A stretch of 64,000 nucleotides of DNA from Anthoceros angustus. Lineage: Eukaryota; Plantae; Anthocerotophyta. The stretch's first letter is position 1, and the number at the start of each line of letters is the position of its first letter. Positions 1 to 12,850 of the stretch are shown here, piece after piece. The position numbers were made by a program, and so were the translations under genes. The notes under the pieces are model-generated. The model was not told where the DNA came from, did no database searches, and saw only the letters and a program-made list of their open reading frames with translations. The stretch covers positions 62,001-126,000 of the forward strand of contig VJWM01000025.1 in assembly GCA_010909165.1 (NCBI GenBank), in the 5' to 3' direction.

Positions 1-1013
1 CCAGCGTATGTCTATGTACCTGCGGAGAAGAGGAAGAAGTTAGATAATCGTGCTAAACCCCTGATTTTTGTGGGCTATGTGAAGAAGCTAAGGCATACAA
101 GTTTTATGATCCAGTCACTAAGACAGCCGTGTTTGCAAGGAGTGTTACTTTCTTCGAGCTTACAAGTCCAGCAAGCCATATTTCGATTACGTATCACATA
201 CCCAACCAACATGTTTTAAATGCCCCAGATGACGAGGATCCGTCTGAGTTTCCACAAGATGATTTTTAAGGCAGATGGTATGATCGCTCGCCAGGCCTCC
301 TCGTGCACCTCGCTTATGCCGATCTCCATTCAGCTCCACCAAGACGACACAATAACGGCTGAAATGGCAGAGGATGCTCTAGACCTACCAACAGTTGAAC
401 CTGCTCACGTCCTCGCAGATGACTTACCCCATTTGGGTTCACTTGAACATCAGGAGGCTGAATTTCAACACCCAGATGAGCACTTTCGGTGGTGAAGATA
501 ATGCAAGAGACGTCAGATCAATTCGTTGCAGATGACGATGATGAGCCACTCCCTGTCCCTCCAGTTGAGCCGATATCCTACCCGTGAGAGACTGCCACCT
601 GCCCAGTGGAAGGAGCCTCCTTATCAATCTGTTGATTTCAGGCGTCCTAGGGCCGGTGTATCTCTCAAGCATGATCCACCTGAGCTGTCTTTCCTTAAGC
701 CTGAGCCCAGGACCTATACCGAAGCTACTACTGGCGCTGATAAGGCATACTGGATACCATCCATTAAGGACGAGTATGATTCCCTTATCAAAAATGGTAC
801 CTGGGAACTCTGTCCATTGCCTGCAGACCGCAAAGTTGTTAGCTGCAAATGGATATTCAAGCACAAACTTAATGAAAAAGGGGAAATCGCCAGGTACAAG
901 TCTCGTCTCGTTGCCAGGGGTTTCACCCAAGTTCCTGGTGTCGATTATACAGACACTTTCAGTCCTGTCGTTAAAACCCAATCTGTCAGGATGATTCTCG
1001 CTCTTGCAGCAGC
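1..1013 (+). mobile_element. Ty1/copia LTR retrotransposon pol, 5' part (post-integrase SH3-like region, linker, start of reverse transcriptase)
   Basis: Translation from base 1 gives PAYVYVPAEKRKKLDNRAKPLIFVGY. ORF 526-1077 gives EPRTYTEA..W..SIKDEYDSLIKNGTWELCPLP..RKVVSCKWIFK..YKSRLVARGFTQVPGVDYTDTFSPV, the copia RVT_2 signature. It is cut by the CACTA insertion at 1014. Confidence 0.95.
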
Positions 1014-1690
1014 CACTACTAGGAAAAGGATACTTTTACAACGGAAATTACAACGGGCATTACAACGCCTTTACTAAGTCTGTAGTAAAAACCCCCGTAG
1101 TAAACACACCTTAGTAATATCCATAGTAAAAGTATATACGCATACGAGGGCTATATTATGTATTGAATACGGTATTGTCCAACCCATACGGTATTGTCCA
1201 ACCCATACGGTGTATGGCTTGGATGGTCCGTACACTGGTTAAACTTTACAACGGAACCCCTTTACAGCGGACATTACTACGGTACACTTACAACGCATTT
1301 TACAACTTCAATAACCATGGTTAATATACTAGAGTTAAGTACTGTTGACCGCAGTTTATTAACTGGGGTTAAGTAACTGGATTCCGATTACCACAAACTA
1401 GTTGGCGTTAGTTAACCATGATTAACCTAACTGAATGGCCGTTGTAATCGTGCGTAACTTTCGCACGAGCCCTGTTGTAATAAGTATGTACCTTTACAAC
1501 GGACCTTGTTGTAAATGGACCCTGGTGTACAGGGTTCGTTTAAAAGTAGCTTTTCATTTACAACGAAACCCGTTGTAAAAGGCTCTCGTTGTAAAGTTTC
1601 GGGAGTAGAGATAGGGGTCCGTTGTAAACTGAATGCGTTGCAATGAAGCAAGTTTGTTGTAAAATCTACAGAGGTCTGTTGTAAAAAACT
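1014..1690. repeat. CACTA left subterminal repeats (TTTACAACGG / CCGTTGTAAA in both orientations)
   Basis: Many dispersed copies of ttacaacg/cgttgtaaa/cgtagtaaa, typical of TnpA-binding subterminal arrays. Confidence 0.85.
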
Positions 1691-1911
1691 CCACTACCGC
1701 TATCTTGGCAAAGCCTACTACACCATGCATCCTACAATCGGTAGTAGATTAGTTTGTCAAGCGGCCTCCATTTGACAAAGAATCGCCAACCCTCTTTCAC
1801 AAACATACAACTGCATGAACAAAGCCCACATAACGAGATGAACTTCAACAATTACGGTTGAAGATTACATGAAATTACAGTGGAAGTGCAAGCTCTATTG
1901 TCTGACCTGAA

Positions 1912-2492
1912 CTATGGTGAGGCTTTCTTAGCCTTTTTCGCAACTGTCCGGGGAAGAAGATGTTCCACCATGAAACCTTCATCCCGGACCCTCTTCTTCA
2001 GAATTGCCTCCATTACCTGTTCATCACACTCTGCACTCTCATATCCTGCTTCATGCAATAGATTCCAGACATTCACAGCCTTATCGACTTTCCCTTCAGA
2101 ATCCACTTGAGGACCCAAGGATGGAATTGTGGTTTTAGTCTCCTTCCAATGCGCTCTCAGCTTGTTCAACCAATTTCCATGCCTAGATCCCACAGCCTTG
2201 ATCTCCTCTAAAGTTGCTTGCCTATCAAACTTGGCTCGAACTGTCCATGAATTGCTTTTGACCTCCAACCCAAAGCAAGAATATGGCTTACCAATGACGT
2301 TTTCCTCCGACCGCAGCAATCTTTTGTTGATGGGTGCAACAACACCATCCGACTTATCTTTCTCTGTTTCAAGAGAACATCCCAATGCTCCTTCTTCAAG
2401 CTCTTGGGCACATACTTATCGCACCCTTTCTTCCCATGTAAGAAGTGCCTAGCCTCCTTTCTCAAGTTATTCTTCCAATGCCTCGGTGCCAC
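1912..2492 (-). pseudogene. Possible CACTA TnpA/ORF2-like coding remnant
   Basis: Overlapping minus-strand ORFs (RHWKNNLRKEARHF..YVPKSLKKEHWDVLLK) resemble the WKxxLRK...PxxxxxxxWxxL pattern of CACTA ORF2 proteins. This is by-eye similarity only. Confidence 0.35.
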
Positions 2493-3756
2493 TAATCGAG
2501 CTACAATACAATGAAAGCTCCATGGGCTGAAATTGTTTGGCGTAAGGTGCTTTCAATAAAGCACTTCAAGATCGAGTGTGCCCAAAAATCGAGGCGATGG
2601 GTTGCACATGTGCGGATTGTGTAGTGCACCCTATCCTTCGTGGAAACCACGGCGAGTCACGTAGTATGTAACGCACATTCAAAACACATAGACAATTGTG
2701 ATTTAGAACATTACATGCAACATAACCTCATGATCGAAATCCAGGCCTCAACCCAAAATTAAATGACCATGGAGTTACAAGCCTACTTTTGCGTGAGTAA
2801 CGTGTCAAGTATGCCCGACATGTTCGAACTTCAGCTCAATTATCAGTTCGACGAATCAGCCGATACGCAGCAGTTCGGCCCTGTAATCGTGCCTGAAACC
2901 AACTGTAATCGGCGAATCAGCGCATCAGAAGCAACCATGCATGGATCCTCCCCTCGCAAAGCAACCATGCTCCCTACCCATTTTCCTCATGTGAATACTT
3001 ACCGCTTTCATGCATATGAGACAGAACCTCATGCCGGATGTCGAAATTCCTCTTCCGTTTTGGTGCACGCCGCTTGTTGCCCTCAAGTCAACGTCCATAC
3101 ATGTCATAGGGATTTCGCCATGTACCCAAAGATGAGCATCCCTGATGCTCATGATGGGGTTGACAATTTTGTGTGGCGACCCGATTGTATTGTTCGCATC
3201 ATCCGCATAAATCGGCAAGGGTGTCCTAGAAGCAAATGAATCCACTTCGGATCACAGCCTTCCCATTTTCCCGCCTCGGCATCTTCCAAAATATCAGCTA
3301 TCTCACAATCCTGGAGGCTATCACAAACCACCACGTCGAATCGTGCCACTCCTTCATCTTGTCGTGAGCTCACCTTGAAATTCGGATTCGTTAGAATTGG
3401 CCGTGTATTCGGCTTGCGCACCTTCCGCAGGCTAGTTGTTGGTCCCTTTCAGGCAATGGTGTCGGTCACGAATCACACCCTACCCGGCCGAGTGAACTCC
3501 GCCAACCTCCTCTTCGCCGGCCTTCTCAACGGCCTCAACGGCATCCTTGGTTAAGGTCGCCTCTTCGTCCTTCCTTGCCTCGAGGTCGGCGGCACTTGCG
3601 GGCGGGGATTCCGGGCCTCGGCATGGCATACACCCATGTCGGCATGTGGGCCTTCCCACTCTTGGACAATCCAAGCGGATGTCCGAGGTCACCACTTGCC
3701 GTGCAAACCCCTCATGGCACATTTCCCATAGTGTGAGGCCCGTTTTGTGTTGGAAG

Positions 3757-5598
3757 GACATCTTCATCGAGGTAAGGCGCGACCGGACCTTGTGGAACTT
3801 GTCCTCCTCATCTTCGCTGCCCTCTTGGACCTCGACTCGAACATGGGTGAAGCCAAAACCCGTCAACCCCAATGCCTCAGGCCGCATTTACCGATCTGAC
3901 AGCCCTTGAGACTCTTGGTTAAACTCCCTCCATCGTGCTTGATCCTACTCTCCGACCTCGCGTTGGCCTCCCCCCATCCCCACTGAACTTGGTAGCCGCT
4001 TGCCTTGCCATTTGTCACCCTTAACTCGGCCACCGCGCTTAGCTCATCCACGATCACCCCCCTTGCTACCTCTTGTCTGCTGATGTCTTCCAACTGTACA
4101 TGTTCGCTCATCCTCGTCACCATTGGCGTCTTCTTCCTGTGCCTGCGTCCTCAACTTCTTCACCTGCACCCACTTACCTTTTAGGTGTTGAGGCGCCGGC
4201 CCTAAGATCGCAAAGATGCGCCAAGTTCTTGTTTTTCACAACCATTTGGGTCCGGCGTCGCAGTTCCTTCCAGGTGGCCTCAACGGCCGCATCCCCAGAA
4301 GGCCGCTGCTAATCGCCTCGATGTCCGCCTCGGCATGACATTCTATCTTCCGGCTTTTGGCATCTGCACCCATTCTGGTTGTGAAAAAGAGCTCAGAAAC
4401 TAGAGAAAACAACAACACAAACACATGAATGAAAAGCCCACGGAGAAAGAACAACGCCCTCATCGACATACCTTGACCCTAAACTTGCCTTTACCACACT
4501 TGTCCGTCTTCTTCTACATGCTTTGCGCTCCTCGAGCGGGATGGACGTGGTATATCCACGACCACAAGAGAGCGCGGACCGCGTTCATAGATGTCTCGGT
4601 ACTCTCTCCCTTCGTCAGTGCACGGCAAAAGCAGAGATGACGTGCGGGGCCCTTTCGGTGCTTTTCGACATCTTCATCGAGGTAAGGCGTATGGACCTTG
4701 TGGAACTTGTCCTCCTCATCTTCGTCGTCGCCCTCTTGGACCTCGACTCTCCACAGACATGGTGAAGCCAAAACCCGTCAACCCCAATGCCTCGGCGGCA
4801 TTTGGTGATCTGATTCTGAGCCCTTGAGACTCTTGGTTAAACTCCCTCCATCGTGCTTGATCCTACTCTCCGACCTCGCGTTGGCCTCCCAAGCCATCTG
4901 CGCGGACTGAACTTGGTAGCCGCTTGCCTTGCCATTTGTCACCCTTAACTCGGCCACCGCGCTTAGCTCGTCACGATCACCCCTTGCTACCTCTTGCTGC
5001 TGATGTCTTCCAACTGACATGTTCGCTCATCCTCGTCACCATTGGCGTCTTCTTCACGTACGTCCTCAACTTCTTCTGCACCCACTTACCTTTTAGGTGT
5101 TGAGGCGGCCCTAAGATCGGCGGCATCGCCAAGTTCTTGTTTTTCACAACCATTTGGGTCCGGCGTCGCAGTTCCTTCCGGTGTGGCCTCGGTGCATCCC
5201 GGTAGCGAAGGCCCGTTGCCAATCGCCTTGTCTCGATGTCCGCCTCGGCATGACATTCTATCTTCGGCAGGCATCGCACCCATTCTTTGGTTGTGAAAAG
5301 CAGAGCTCTGTAGCGGCGAGAAAACAACAACACAAACACATGAATGAAAAGCCCACGGAGAAAGAACAACGCCCTCATCGACATACCTTGACCCTAAACT
5401 TGCCTTTACCACACTTGTCCGTCTTCTTCTACTGCTGTTTGCGCTCCTCGAGCTGCGGGATGGACGTGGTATATCCACGACCACAAGAGAGGCGGTGTGC
5501 GGACGCGTTCATAGATGTCTCGGTACTCTCTCCCCAGTCACGATTTGCAAAAACAGAGATGACGTGCGGGGCCCTTTCTGGTGCTTTTCGACATCTTC
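3757..5598. repeat. ~0.92-kb direct tandem duplication inside the CACTA element
   Basis: Units 3757-4666 and 4667-5589 are near-identical apart from indels. The 9-bp GACATCTTC occurs at all three boundaries (3757, 4667, 5590). Confidence 0.85.
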
Positions 5599-7149
5599 GC
5601 GAAGACATGTATTTCCCGCGCATTCTCTCGAAGAAGAACACTTCTCCTCCGATGTCTCGTGTGAGCGGGCTATTTTTCAGAGGTTAATTTCTGTCTGCAT
5701 TATTCACCGCATTTATAGCCCGCACATTGAGCTTCGGTATTTGAATGTTTAACCTAACTGTAGTTACCAGGGCCAGCAGGTTTCGAAACCCAAGGATAAG
5801 TTGAAACGCTATGCTTGTGGGTTTTCCCATGTCCTTGGGTTTTGGGGTTTGATTTATAATATTGGCCATGATTTCATTTCAGGGGTTCGTGACCACTGGG
5901 CTATAAATGCTGGAAATGGGTTTCCCCATTGTCCTTGGGTTTTGGTAGCAGGTTAAACTCCAATGATTTGAGTAGTCCTTGGGTTTTGGAAAAATGGTTT
6001 AGTGTTAACACTTTGGGTTTAGGGAACATGGTTTACGGTTCCTTGGGTTCCGGGGACATGAGTTAGCTTTTCTCTAGTTTCCGGACCATGGTTTAGGGTT
6101 CCTTGGGTCTTGGGAACAGGGTACAGTCAAATACATATCATCTCGGTCAAATACATATCCTCTTGGTCATAAACTTTGACAGGGTACTTGGCCATGACCA
6201 CTGAAGTTGATGTTGAGTTTTTCTGACTAGTCATTTTCGGAACTTGGCTTCCAGACCATGTACTGCGGCATGCCGCCGAATGTACTCGAGGGTCCAAGAC
6301 ACCTGGCGGCCTCTCATTTGCCTTAGTCGGCAACAAAAGGGTGCATTGCCTTCAAGCCACTTCACTGCTCGTGAGTTCATTCAGCCCTGAGATCGTGGTC
6401 CGCCGCCGCGATTGAGGTGCGCAGCCATGAGTTTTCCGGTTGGTTGTGCCGATTTGTAGTGTTGTAGAGGTAGTGTTATAGATCTCGCGCTTTGGGGAAA
6501 GTTGCATCGAGAACTCGCTTTACTTGTTGCGGTGCGCTGCTTATGCGGCCTCAATTCTCATTTCGATCGATTGGGTTCCACGGTTTTTGTTGCCGCCTTG
6601 CACCGTGGAAGGCAGAAGCGAGCCATGGCTTTCAACACCGGTCATGGGATCGCAATTTTGAGGACGACGAAAGAGCTCGCTCTTATCGACAAGCCGGCTC
6701 CCTTTCTCACCAATATCGTGGCGTCGATGCGTGCACAAGCACGTTGACAAGCTAGGCGTGTGCAGGGAGGTGCGAGGTTTGCCAATCGGAGATGTAAATG
6801 GAATGGTGCCTGAAGCTGAGGATTTTCACGGCTACCACCTCCTTGTGGCCGAATTGGAGAAGGTGGTTGGCATTGAGAACACCGGAATTGAGCGTGTGGT
6901 GGGTGAGGAGAGGATGCACGCCGCAGACGGGACTGGCGCCCGCATCCGCCAGATTCTGAGTGAGATCGTCGCCATCCGTTTTGTTGTGCTAAACGGTGTT
7001 GATGTTGTGTTTGTTTTGGTGACCGACCCATAGTTTTTGGGTGAGCACGTCTCTCAATAAAGCGCGGCCACCTTTTCATTCGAGTTCCTGAACCCTTCCC
7101 TCAAACCCTATACCATATGTACATGAATGCTCACATACCCTTGATCCTC

Positions 7150-7591
7150 ATTGTAAACTGGCGTGTTGTTGTAAGGTATGTATGTCTGCGTTGTAAAAGC
7201 CCCGTTGTAAAACTTGACAATGCGTTGTAAACCACTTCCCATTGTAAGTAGACCATGGGCCGTTGTAAAAGAAAATCGTTGTGAACAGACGTGATGGTGT
7301 TTACTACGTGCGTTGTTGTAAACAGCACATTCATTGTTGTAAAGTCATTGATCGGATCTATCGTGTTGCAACCAAGAGCCCTCGTAGTAAAGTAGCTTCG
7401 TTATGCCACGTCATCGAATAGCCATGGCTAAATACACCCGTAGTAAAACACTAGAGCCCCGTAGTAACACGAATGGCTATACAAGAAAATAATCCATAAA
7501 CCATGAAGCCCCGTTGTAAATCGACTTGAGCCTGAAATCTCCCCTGTTCTAAAAAACAGCCTATAGTAAAAGGCCCGTTTTCCTAGTAGTG
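7150..7591. repeat. CACTA right subterminal repeats
   Basis: Repeated cgttgtaaa/cgtagtaaa motifs lead to the right TIR. Confidence 0.85.
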
Positions 7592-8787
7592 AGCCAATGC
7601 ATGGGATCTACAGCAGATGGATGTCTGTACTGCATTTTTATATGGCGAGCTTGAAGAGGATATTTATATGCAACAGCATGAGGGGTTTGTGGATCCTGAG
7701 CATCCTACCTGGGTCTGTCGTTTGAAGAAGACCATTTACGGGCTTAAACAGTCTGCCCGTGAATGGTACAAGACCATAGATCGATTACCTTAAATCTATC
7801 GGTTTTGTGCGTGAACTCGTGATGCCAGCGTGTATGTGTACTCCAGCGGGTCATCTTGTGATCTTGGCTCTTTACGTTGATAGCGCCATCACGGCTTCGC
7901 AATCGGAGTTACTTGCATGGGTTAAGGGCATGTTACACGGAAATTCGACATGAAGGACATTGGTCCTCTCACCTTTGTGCAGGTTCAATTGTTTCGCAAC
8001 ACGGAGGACGAGACTCTTATACTTCACGAGTAAATATATCGCGAGACCCTCCATCGCTTTCACTTGGATTCTTGAGCACATGTCTACTCTGTGTTCACGG
8101 TCTCAAGCTCTCTGTGATGATTGTCCTCAAGATCGGTGGCCGAGCTATGTCTCGTTCCTTATCGCCATCCTGTCGGTTGTTTGAACTATATTAGTTCTTT
8201 GGACTCGACGACATCGATCTTTGTCAACGGTTTCAGTTTCTTGATAATCCAGCCGGGCCCATTGGCGTATCAGCGTATTTTGCGCTATCTCAAAGGCACA
8301 ATGAATCACGGCTTATGCTTGAGGCGGGCGCATCACCTATTCTACGTGGTTATGCCGTCTGGAGTTGGGCCACCAATCGATGCGAACATATCGACCTATT
8401 GCTTCCTTCTCTCACATGCTGCTGTTCATTGGAGCTCTAAGAAGCAAGCATCTGTCTCTACATCCTCCACGAGGCCGGTATAAAGCCTTAAGAAGGCGCC
8501 AAAGCCATTTGGGAGGCGTGCTTTATGAAAGGGCTTGGGTTTCATGACAAAAGCCAACCCTCATTCCTTTAATGTTTCCACAATCAACATGACTAATCCC
8601 GTTTCCATGCGAGCTAAGCACATAGAGGTGCGGCACCATTTTATTCGCCATCAAGTTGAGCGAAGATGGTCCGACTTCAATATGTTCCCACGGTCTCAAC
8701 AACAGACTTTGACCAAGTACCACCGGCCACCAAGAACATTATCAACTACCGGAAGCCATGGGCGTGGAGCCCTGCCCTGCCCCTTAA
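7592..8787 (+). mobile_element. Ty1/copia RT-RNase H continuation (indel-rich copy)
   Basis: QMDVCTAFLYGELEEDIYMQQHEGF..VCRLKKTIYGLKQSAREW, the YVD(D) region and RNase H fragments (ILRYLKGT, WSSKKQ, RAKHIEVRHHFIR). Many frameshifts. Confidence 0.9.
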
Positions 8788-9169
8788 TATTTACAAATGA
8801 GCTACAGCAGATGCGGATGAAGCACCACAGTCCCATCCTAATCGCATGCTGGAGCTCAATGGTGACAGAGGTCACTTATCCTTAGGGCGGCGGCAGCGTT
8901 TCCTCATTGCTCAGCGCTTCTTCTTGATTCGAGATGGCGTGCTTGGAATCTCCGTAATAAGCGCGATCCAGGCGACTCCCATCCCGCAGCCGCCATCGTT
9001 GGTCGATTGTGAAATCGCCTCTGCTCACGGTGCGATTGGCGCACGCCTGCCTCCTTTGTCTTCTCGCCGCTCCCTCACGTCGATGCGGGAGAAACACCGC
9101 GACGGGAGCACAACGCGACACTGGTGATGGACCCCGCCTGGTTTTCTACGGCCGCTGCTAACGAGGCGC

Positions 9170-9362
9170 TGTTAAAGTCAGACACATGACCCTACGTTAG
9201 GGTTATGTATGTAATAAAGCATACCTAGTTGCCTAGTAGGTTATAGTGAAGAGACATGACTCTTGGATATTACGTATTAAACACCACGTTGTTCTTCAAT
9301 TGATTATCTTTGCTTTTGGCAGTGTGTTCATGTCTTAGCACACATGCCCATGTAATTTAACA
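9170..9362 (+). repeat. Copia 3' LTR, degraded duplicate copy
   Basis: Matches 11574-11783 and runs TGTTA...TAACA. Confidence 0.75.
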
Positions 9363-10171
9363 ACAGACGTACCACTCCATGTCATGAACCGTCACAGGTG
9401 GTACAGCTCTCATGACAAGGTGCCATGTGCAAGGGTGATTATGGTGAAACCATACTCACAACCACGATTAAGATAAGCCGTGTCACTCGGTTAAAACAAG
9501 CAACATGCCGCCAAAGGAGGCGGTCACGGTGTCCTGACGATGCACTCGTAATTCCCATAAACCACGATAGAACCTTCGAAACATGCTATCGCGAATTGAG
9601 GCTCAGAAGGTCGCTCATGTTCCGTGTGGCCCATGGCCAACAAGGCGGCCACTCGCCTGTCTTCGGGATCAAAATACTCGTCTACTTGTGCCTTTCCCAG
9701 CCGCTGCTTCTCTTTAGCTCGATGTCGAGCCATCAATTCCTCTTCTTCATCAATGTCGAGCTCCGTCTTGACCCTGGCAAGACCTGGTCCATTCAATCCA
9801 TTCACATAGTATTGTTTCTCAACACACTGGGCACGCAAGAAATCACCAACATTGTTATTCAGCAAGTACCAGCATTCTGAGGTGGGTTCATCCCATTCCG
9901 AATCCACCCATAGACATGTAACAAATCGATAGAAGGCTGGGTATCAATGGCATATCGCGCCTTCTCGATGCAAGTGATCGAGCCACACCTTGAGGCTGCG
10001 TAAATCGGCGGGTTTCTCTTGTTGCTTGTAAACCAAAAATCCTTCACGAGGCCAATGGTCAAGACACGATGCATGAATAGGTGATGCTCCGCCAAACGCC
10101 CCTTCACAAGAATCGGTCGGCAAATGTTCACTGCTCATGCCTACCGCAAGCTCAAACAAATCCTTGTGATC

Positions 10172-11151
10172 TTGGCTCTTTACGTTGATGACGCCATCCG
10201 GCTTCCAACAATCGGAGTTACTTGCATGGGTTAAGGGCATGTTACACCGAATTCGACATGAAGGACATTGGTCCTCTCACCTTTGTGCTTGAGTTCAATT
10301 GTTTCGCAACTTTGGAGGACGAGACTCTTATGCTTCACGAGTAAATATATCGCGAGACCCTCCATCGCTTTCACTTGGATTCTTGAGCTGTGTCTACTGG
10401 TGTTCCTGGTCTCAAGCTCTCTGCTGATGATTGTCCTCAAGATGCGGCTGAGCGCCAGGCTATGTCTCAGTTCCCTTATCGCCATGCTGTCGGTTGTTTG
10501 AACTATATTAGTTGCTGGACTCGACCTGACATCCAGTATGCTGTCAGCTCGGTTTCACAGTTTCTTGATAATCCTGGCCAGGCCCATTGGAGCGCTGTCA
10601 AGCGTATTTTGCGCTATCTCAAAGGCACAATGAATCACGGCTTATGCTTCAGGGGGCGAGACGCATCACCTATTCTCTGTGGTTATGCCGATGCCGATTG
10701 GGCCACCAATCCTGATGCCAGACGAAGCATATCAGCCTATTGCTTCCTTCTCTCACATGCTGCTGTTCATTGGAGCTCTAAGAAGCAAGCATCTGTATCT
10801 CTGTCCTCCACCGAGGCCGAGTATAAAGCCTTAACCGAAGCTGCCAAAGAAGCCATTTGGGAGCGTGCTTTTATGAAAGGGCTTGGGTTTCCGCAGCAAA
10901 AGCCAACCCTCATTCACTGTGATAATGTTTCCACAATCAACATGACAGCTAATCCCCGTTTCCATGCCCGAGCTAAGCACATAGAGGTGCAGCACCATTT
11001 TATTCGCCATCAAGTTGAGCAGAAGATGGTCCGACTTCAATATGTTCCCACAGATCTCAACACAGCAGACTTGCTGACCAAGTACCTGCCAGCCAGTAAA
11101 CATTATCAACTACTGGAAGCCATGGGCGTGGAGCCCTGCCCTGCCCCTTAA
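10172..11151 (+). mobile_element. Ty1/copia RT C-terminus and RNase H (cleaner copy)
   Basis: LYVDD, then ORF 10390-11151: PYRHAVGCLNY..TRPDIQYAVS..HWSAVKRILRYLKGT..GYADADWA..RRSISAY..WSSKKQASVSLSSTEAEY..CDN..RAKHIEVQHHFIR..NTADLLTK. Confidence 0.95.
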
Positions 11152-11562
11152 TATTTACAAATGAGCTATGAGAGCGGATGGCTTACCACGTCCCATCCTA
11201 ATCGCATCTGGAGCTCAATGGTGAGTCACTTATCCTTAAGCGCATGGGCGGCGTTCCTCGGTTACTAAGCGCTTCTTCTTGATTCGAGGATGGCGTGAAT
11301 CTCCGTAATAGAAGCGCGATCCACAGGCGGCACTCCCATCCCGCGAGCTGCCATCGTTGGTCAGTTGTGAAATCGCCCCATCTGTTCACAGGTTGCAGGC
11401 GATTGGCGTTGCACGCCCGTCTCCTTTGTCTTCTCCGCTGCTCCCTCACGTACTGATGCAGGAGAAACACCGCGATGACGAAGGAGCACAACGCCAGACA
11501 CTGTGTGATGGACCCTGCCATAGCTGTTTTCTACGCTTCGCGCTGCTAACAGTATGCTCCGT

Positions 11563-11573
11563 TTAAGGGGGCG
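11563..11573 (+). other. Copia polypurine tract
   Basis: TTAAGGGGGCG immediately precedes the LTR start TGTTAG. Confidence 0.8.
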
Positions 11574-11783
11574 TGTTAGGATACATGACCCTTTACGTTA
11601 GGGTTATGTATGTAATAAACGTACCTACTGTTAGTTGCCTAGTAGGTAGGTTATAGTGAAGAGACATGACTCTTGGATATTCTGTATTAAACACCACGTT
11701 GTTCTTCAATTGATTATCTTTGCTTTTGGCAATTCTGTGTGTGTTCATGTCTTAGCACACACATGCCTTATGTAATTTTAACA
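11574..11783 (+). repeat. Copia 3' LTR (~210 bp)
   Basis: Starts TGTTA after the PPT and ends TAACA (5-bp inverted termini). It is followed directly by sequence of the gypsy LTR (ACAGACGTACC...). Confidence 0.85.
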
Positions 11784-12029
11784 ACAGACGTACCACTCCA
11801 TGTCATGACAGCTGTCGCGCGGTGGCTGCATAGCTCTCATGACAAGGTGCCATGTGCAAGGGTGATTATGGTGAAACCATACTCACAACCCTGATTAAGA
11901 TAAGCCGTGTCACTCAGTTAAAACAACAGCCACCATGCCCCCACGCCAAAGGAGGCGGTCACGGTGTCCTCGCGGGATGGCACTCTATAAAACCTACGAT
12001 AGAACCTTCGAAACATGCTATCGCGTAAT

Positions 12030-12850
12030 TGAGGCTCAGAAGGTCGCTCATGTTCCGTGTGGCCCATGGCCAACAAGGCCGCCACTCGCCTGTCTTCGGG
12101 ATCAAAATACTCGTCTACTTGTGCCTTCCCACCGCTTCTCTTTAGCTCGATGTCGAGCCATCAATTCCTCTTCTTCATCAATGTCGAGCTCCGTCTTGAC
12201 CCTGGCAAGACCTGGTCCATTCAATCCATTCACATAGTATTGTTTCTCAACACACTGGGCACGCAAGAAATCACCAACATTGTTATTCAGCAAGTACCAG
12301 CATTCTGAGGTGGGTTCATCCCATTCCAGAATCCCTGTCCATAGACATGTAAACAGTCGATAGAAGGCTCTGGGGTATCCAATGGCATATCGCCCTGCCT
12401 TCTCTCGATGCAAGTGACTGAGCCACACCTTGAGACTGCGTAAATCGGCAGGTTTCTCTTGTTGCTTGTAAACCAAAAATCCTTCCTGAGGCCAATGGTC
12501 GAAGACCTGATGCATGAATAGGTGATGCTCCAGTTTTCGAAACGCCCCTTCACAGTAACTGGTTCAGACAAATGTCTGCCTGTTCATGCCCCGCCCTGCA
12601 AGCTCAAACAAATCCTTGTGATCATATGGGAAGTTCTCGATGTTACAAGTCTCATGGTGAGACTCCACATATAGCATAAACGCTTGTAGCTCCAAGAATG
12701 TCTCTGGCCTCTCTGGTTTCCCTGGATTATACTTCCGGACCAAGGGCACCTGCCATTTGTCCTCCCAAGAACGTTCAGGAAATTGAGGAACACTATGCTG
12801 CAATCTTCGAAAGCAGGTTTTGTAGGTATAATCTGCCTCTGGGTCTATAA
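12030..12850 (-). CDS. Extra ORF of unknown function in the 3' region of the DNMT retrotransposon (~270-300 aa, one internal stop)
   Basis: ORFs 12564-12803 and 12102-12515 are in the same frame, separated by one TGA. The duplicate at 9524-10160 continues the same protein (..KEKQRLGKAQVDEYFDPEDRRVAALLAMGH). Composition is protein-like. Confidence 0.55.

Larger units (their letters stand above)
1014..7591. mobile_element. CACTA (En/Spm) DNA transposon, apparently non-autonomous, inserted in copia RT
   Basis: Left end CACTACTAGGAAAA (1014) and right end TTTTCCTAGTAGTG (7591) form a 14-bp perfect TIR. A 3-bp TSD AGC lies at 1011-1013 and 7592-7594. Removing the element restores the RT frame LALAAANAWDLQQMDVCTAFLYG. 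Confidence 0.95.
7855..12623. repeat. ~2.3-2.45-kb tandem duplication spanning the copia 3' end, its LTR and the 3' end of the gypsy element
   Basis: Units are 7855-10162 and 10163-12614, with CTTGTGATC at 7855, 10163 and 12615. The first unit is ~140 bp shorter through scattered small deletions. Confidence 0.85.

Noticed and set aside
5810-6115. Interstitial telomere (TTTAGGG-like motifs)
   Set aside because: Only isolated ggtttaggg/ccttgggtt motifs inside the CACTA element, with no tandem telomeric array.
6492-7079. Captured host gene in the CACTA element
   Set aside because: Overlapping short ORFs on both strands with no recognisable motif; cannot be supported without a search.
9170-11783. 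A small complete LTR element bounded by two copia LTRs
   Set aside because: Both are the same 3' LTR, copied by the 7855-12623 tandem duplication. Both have the same downstream flank and there is no PBS or gag.
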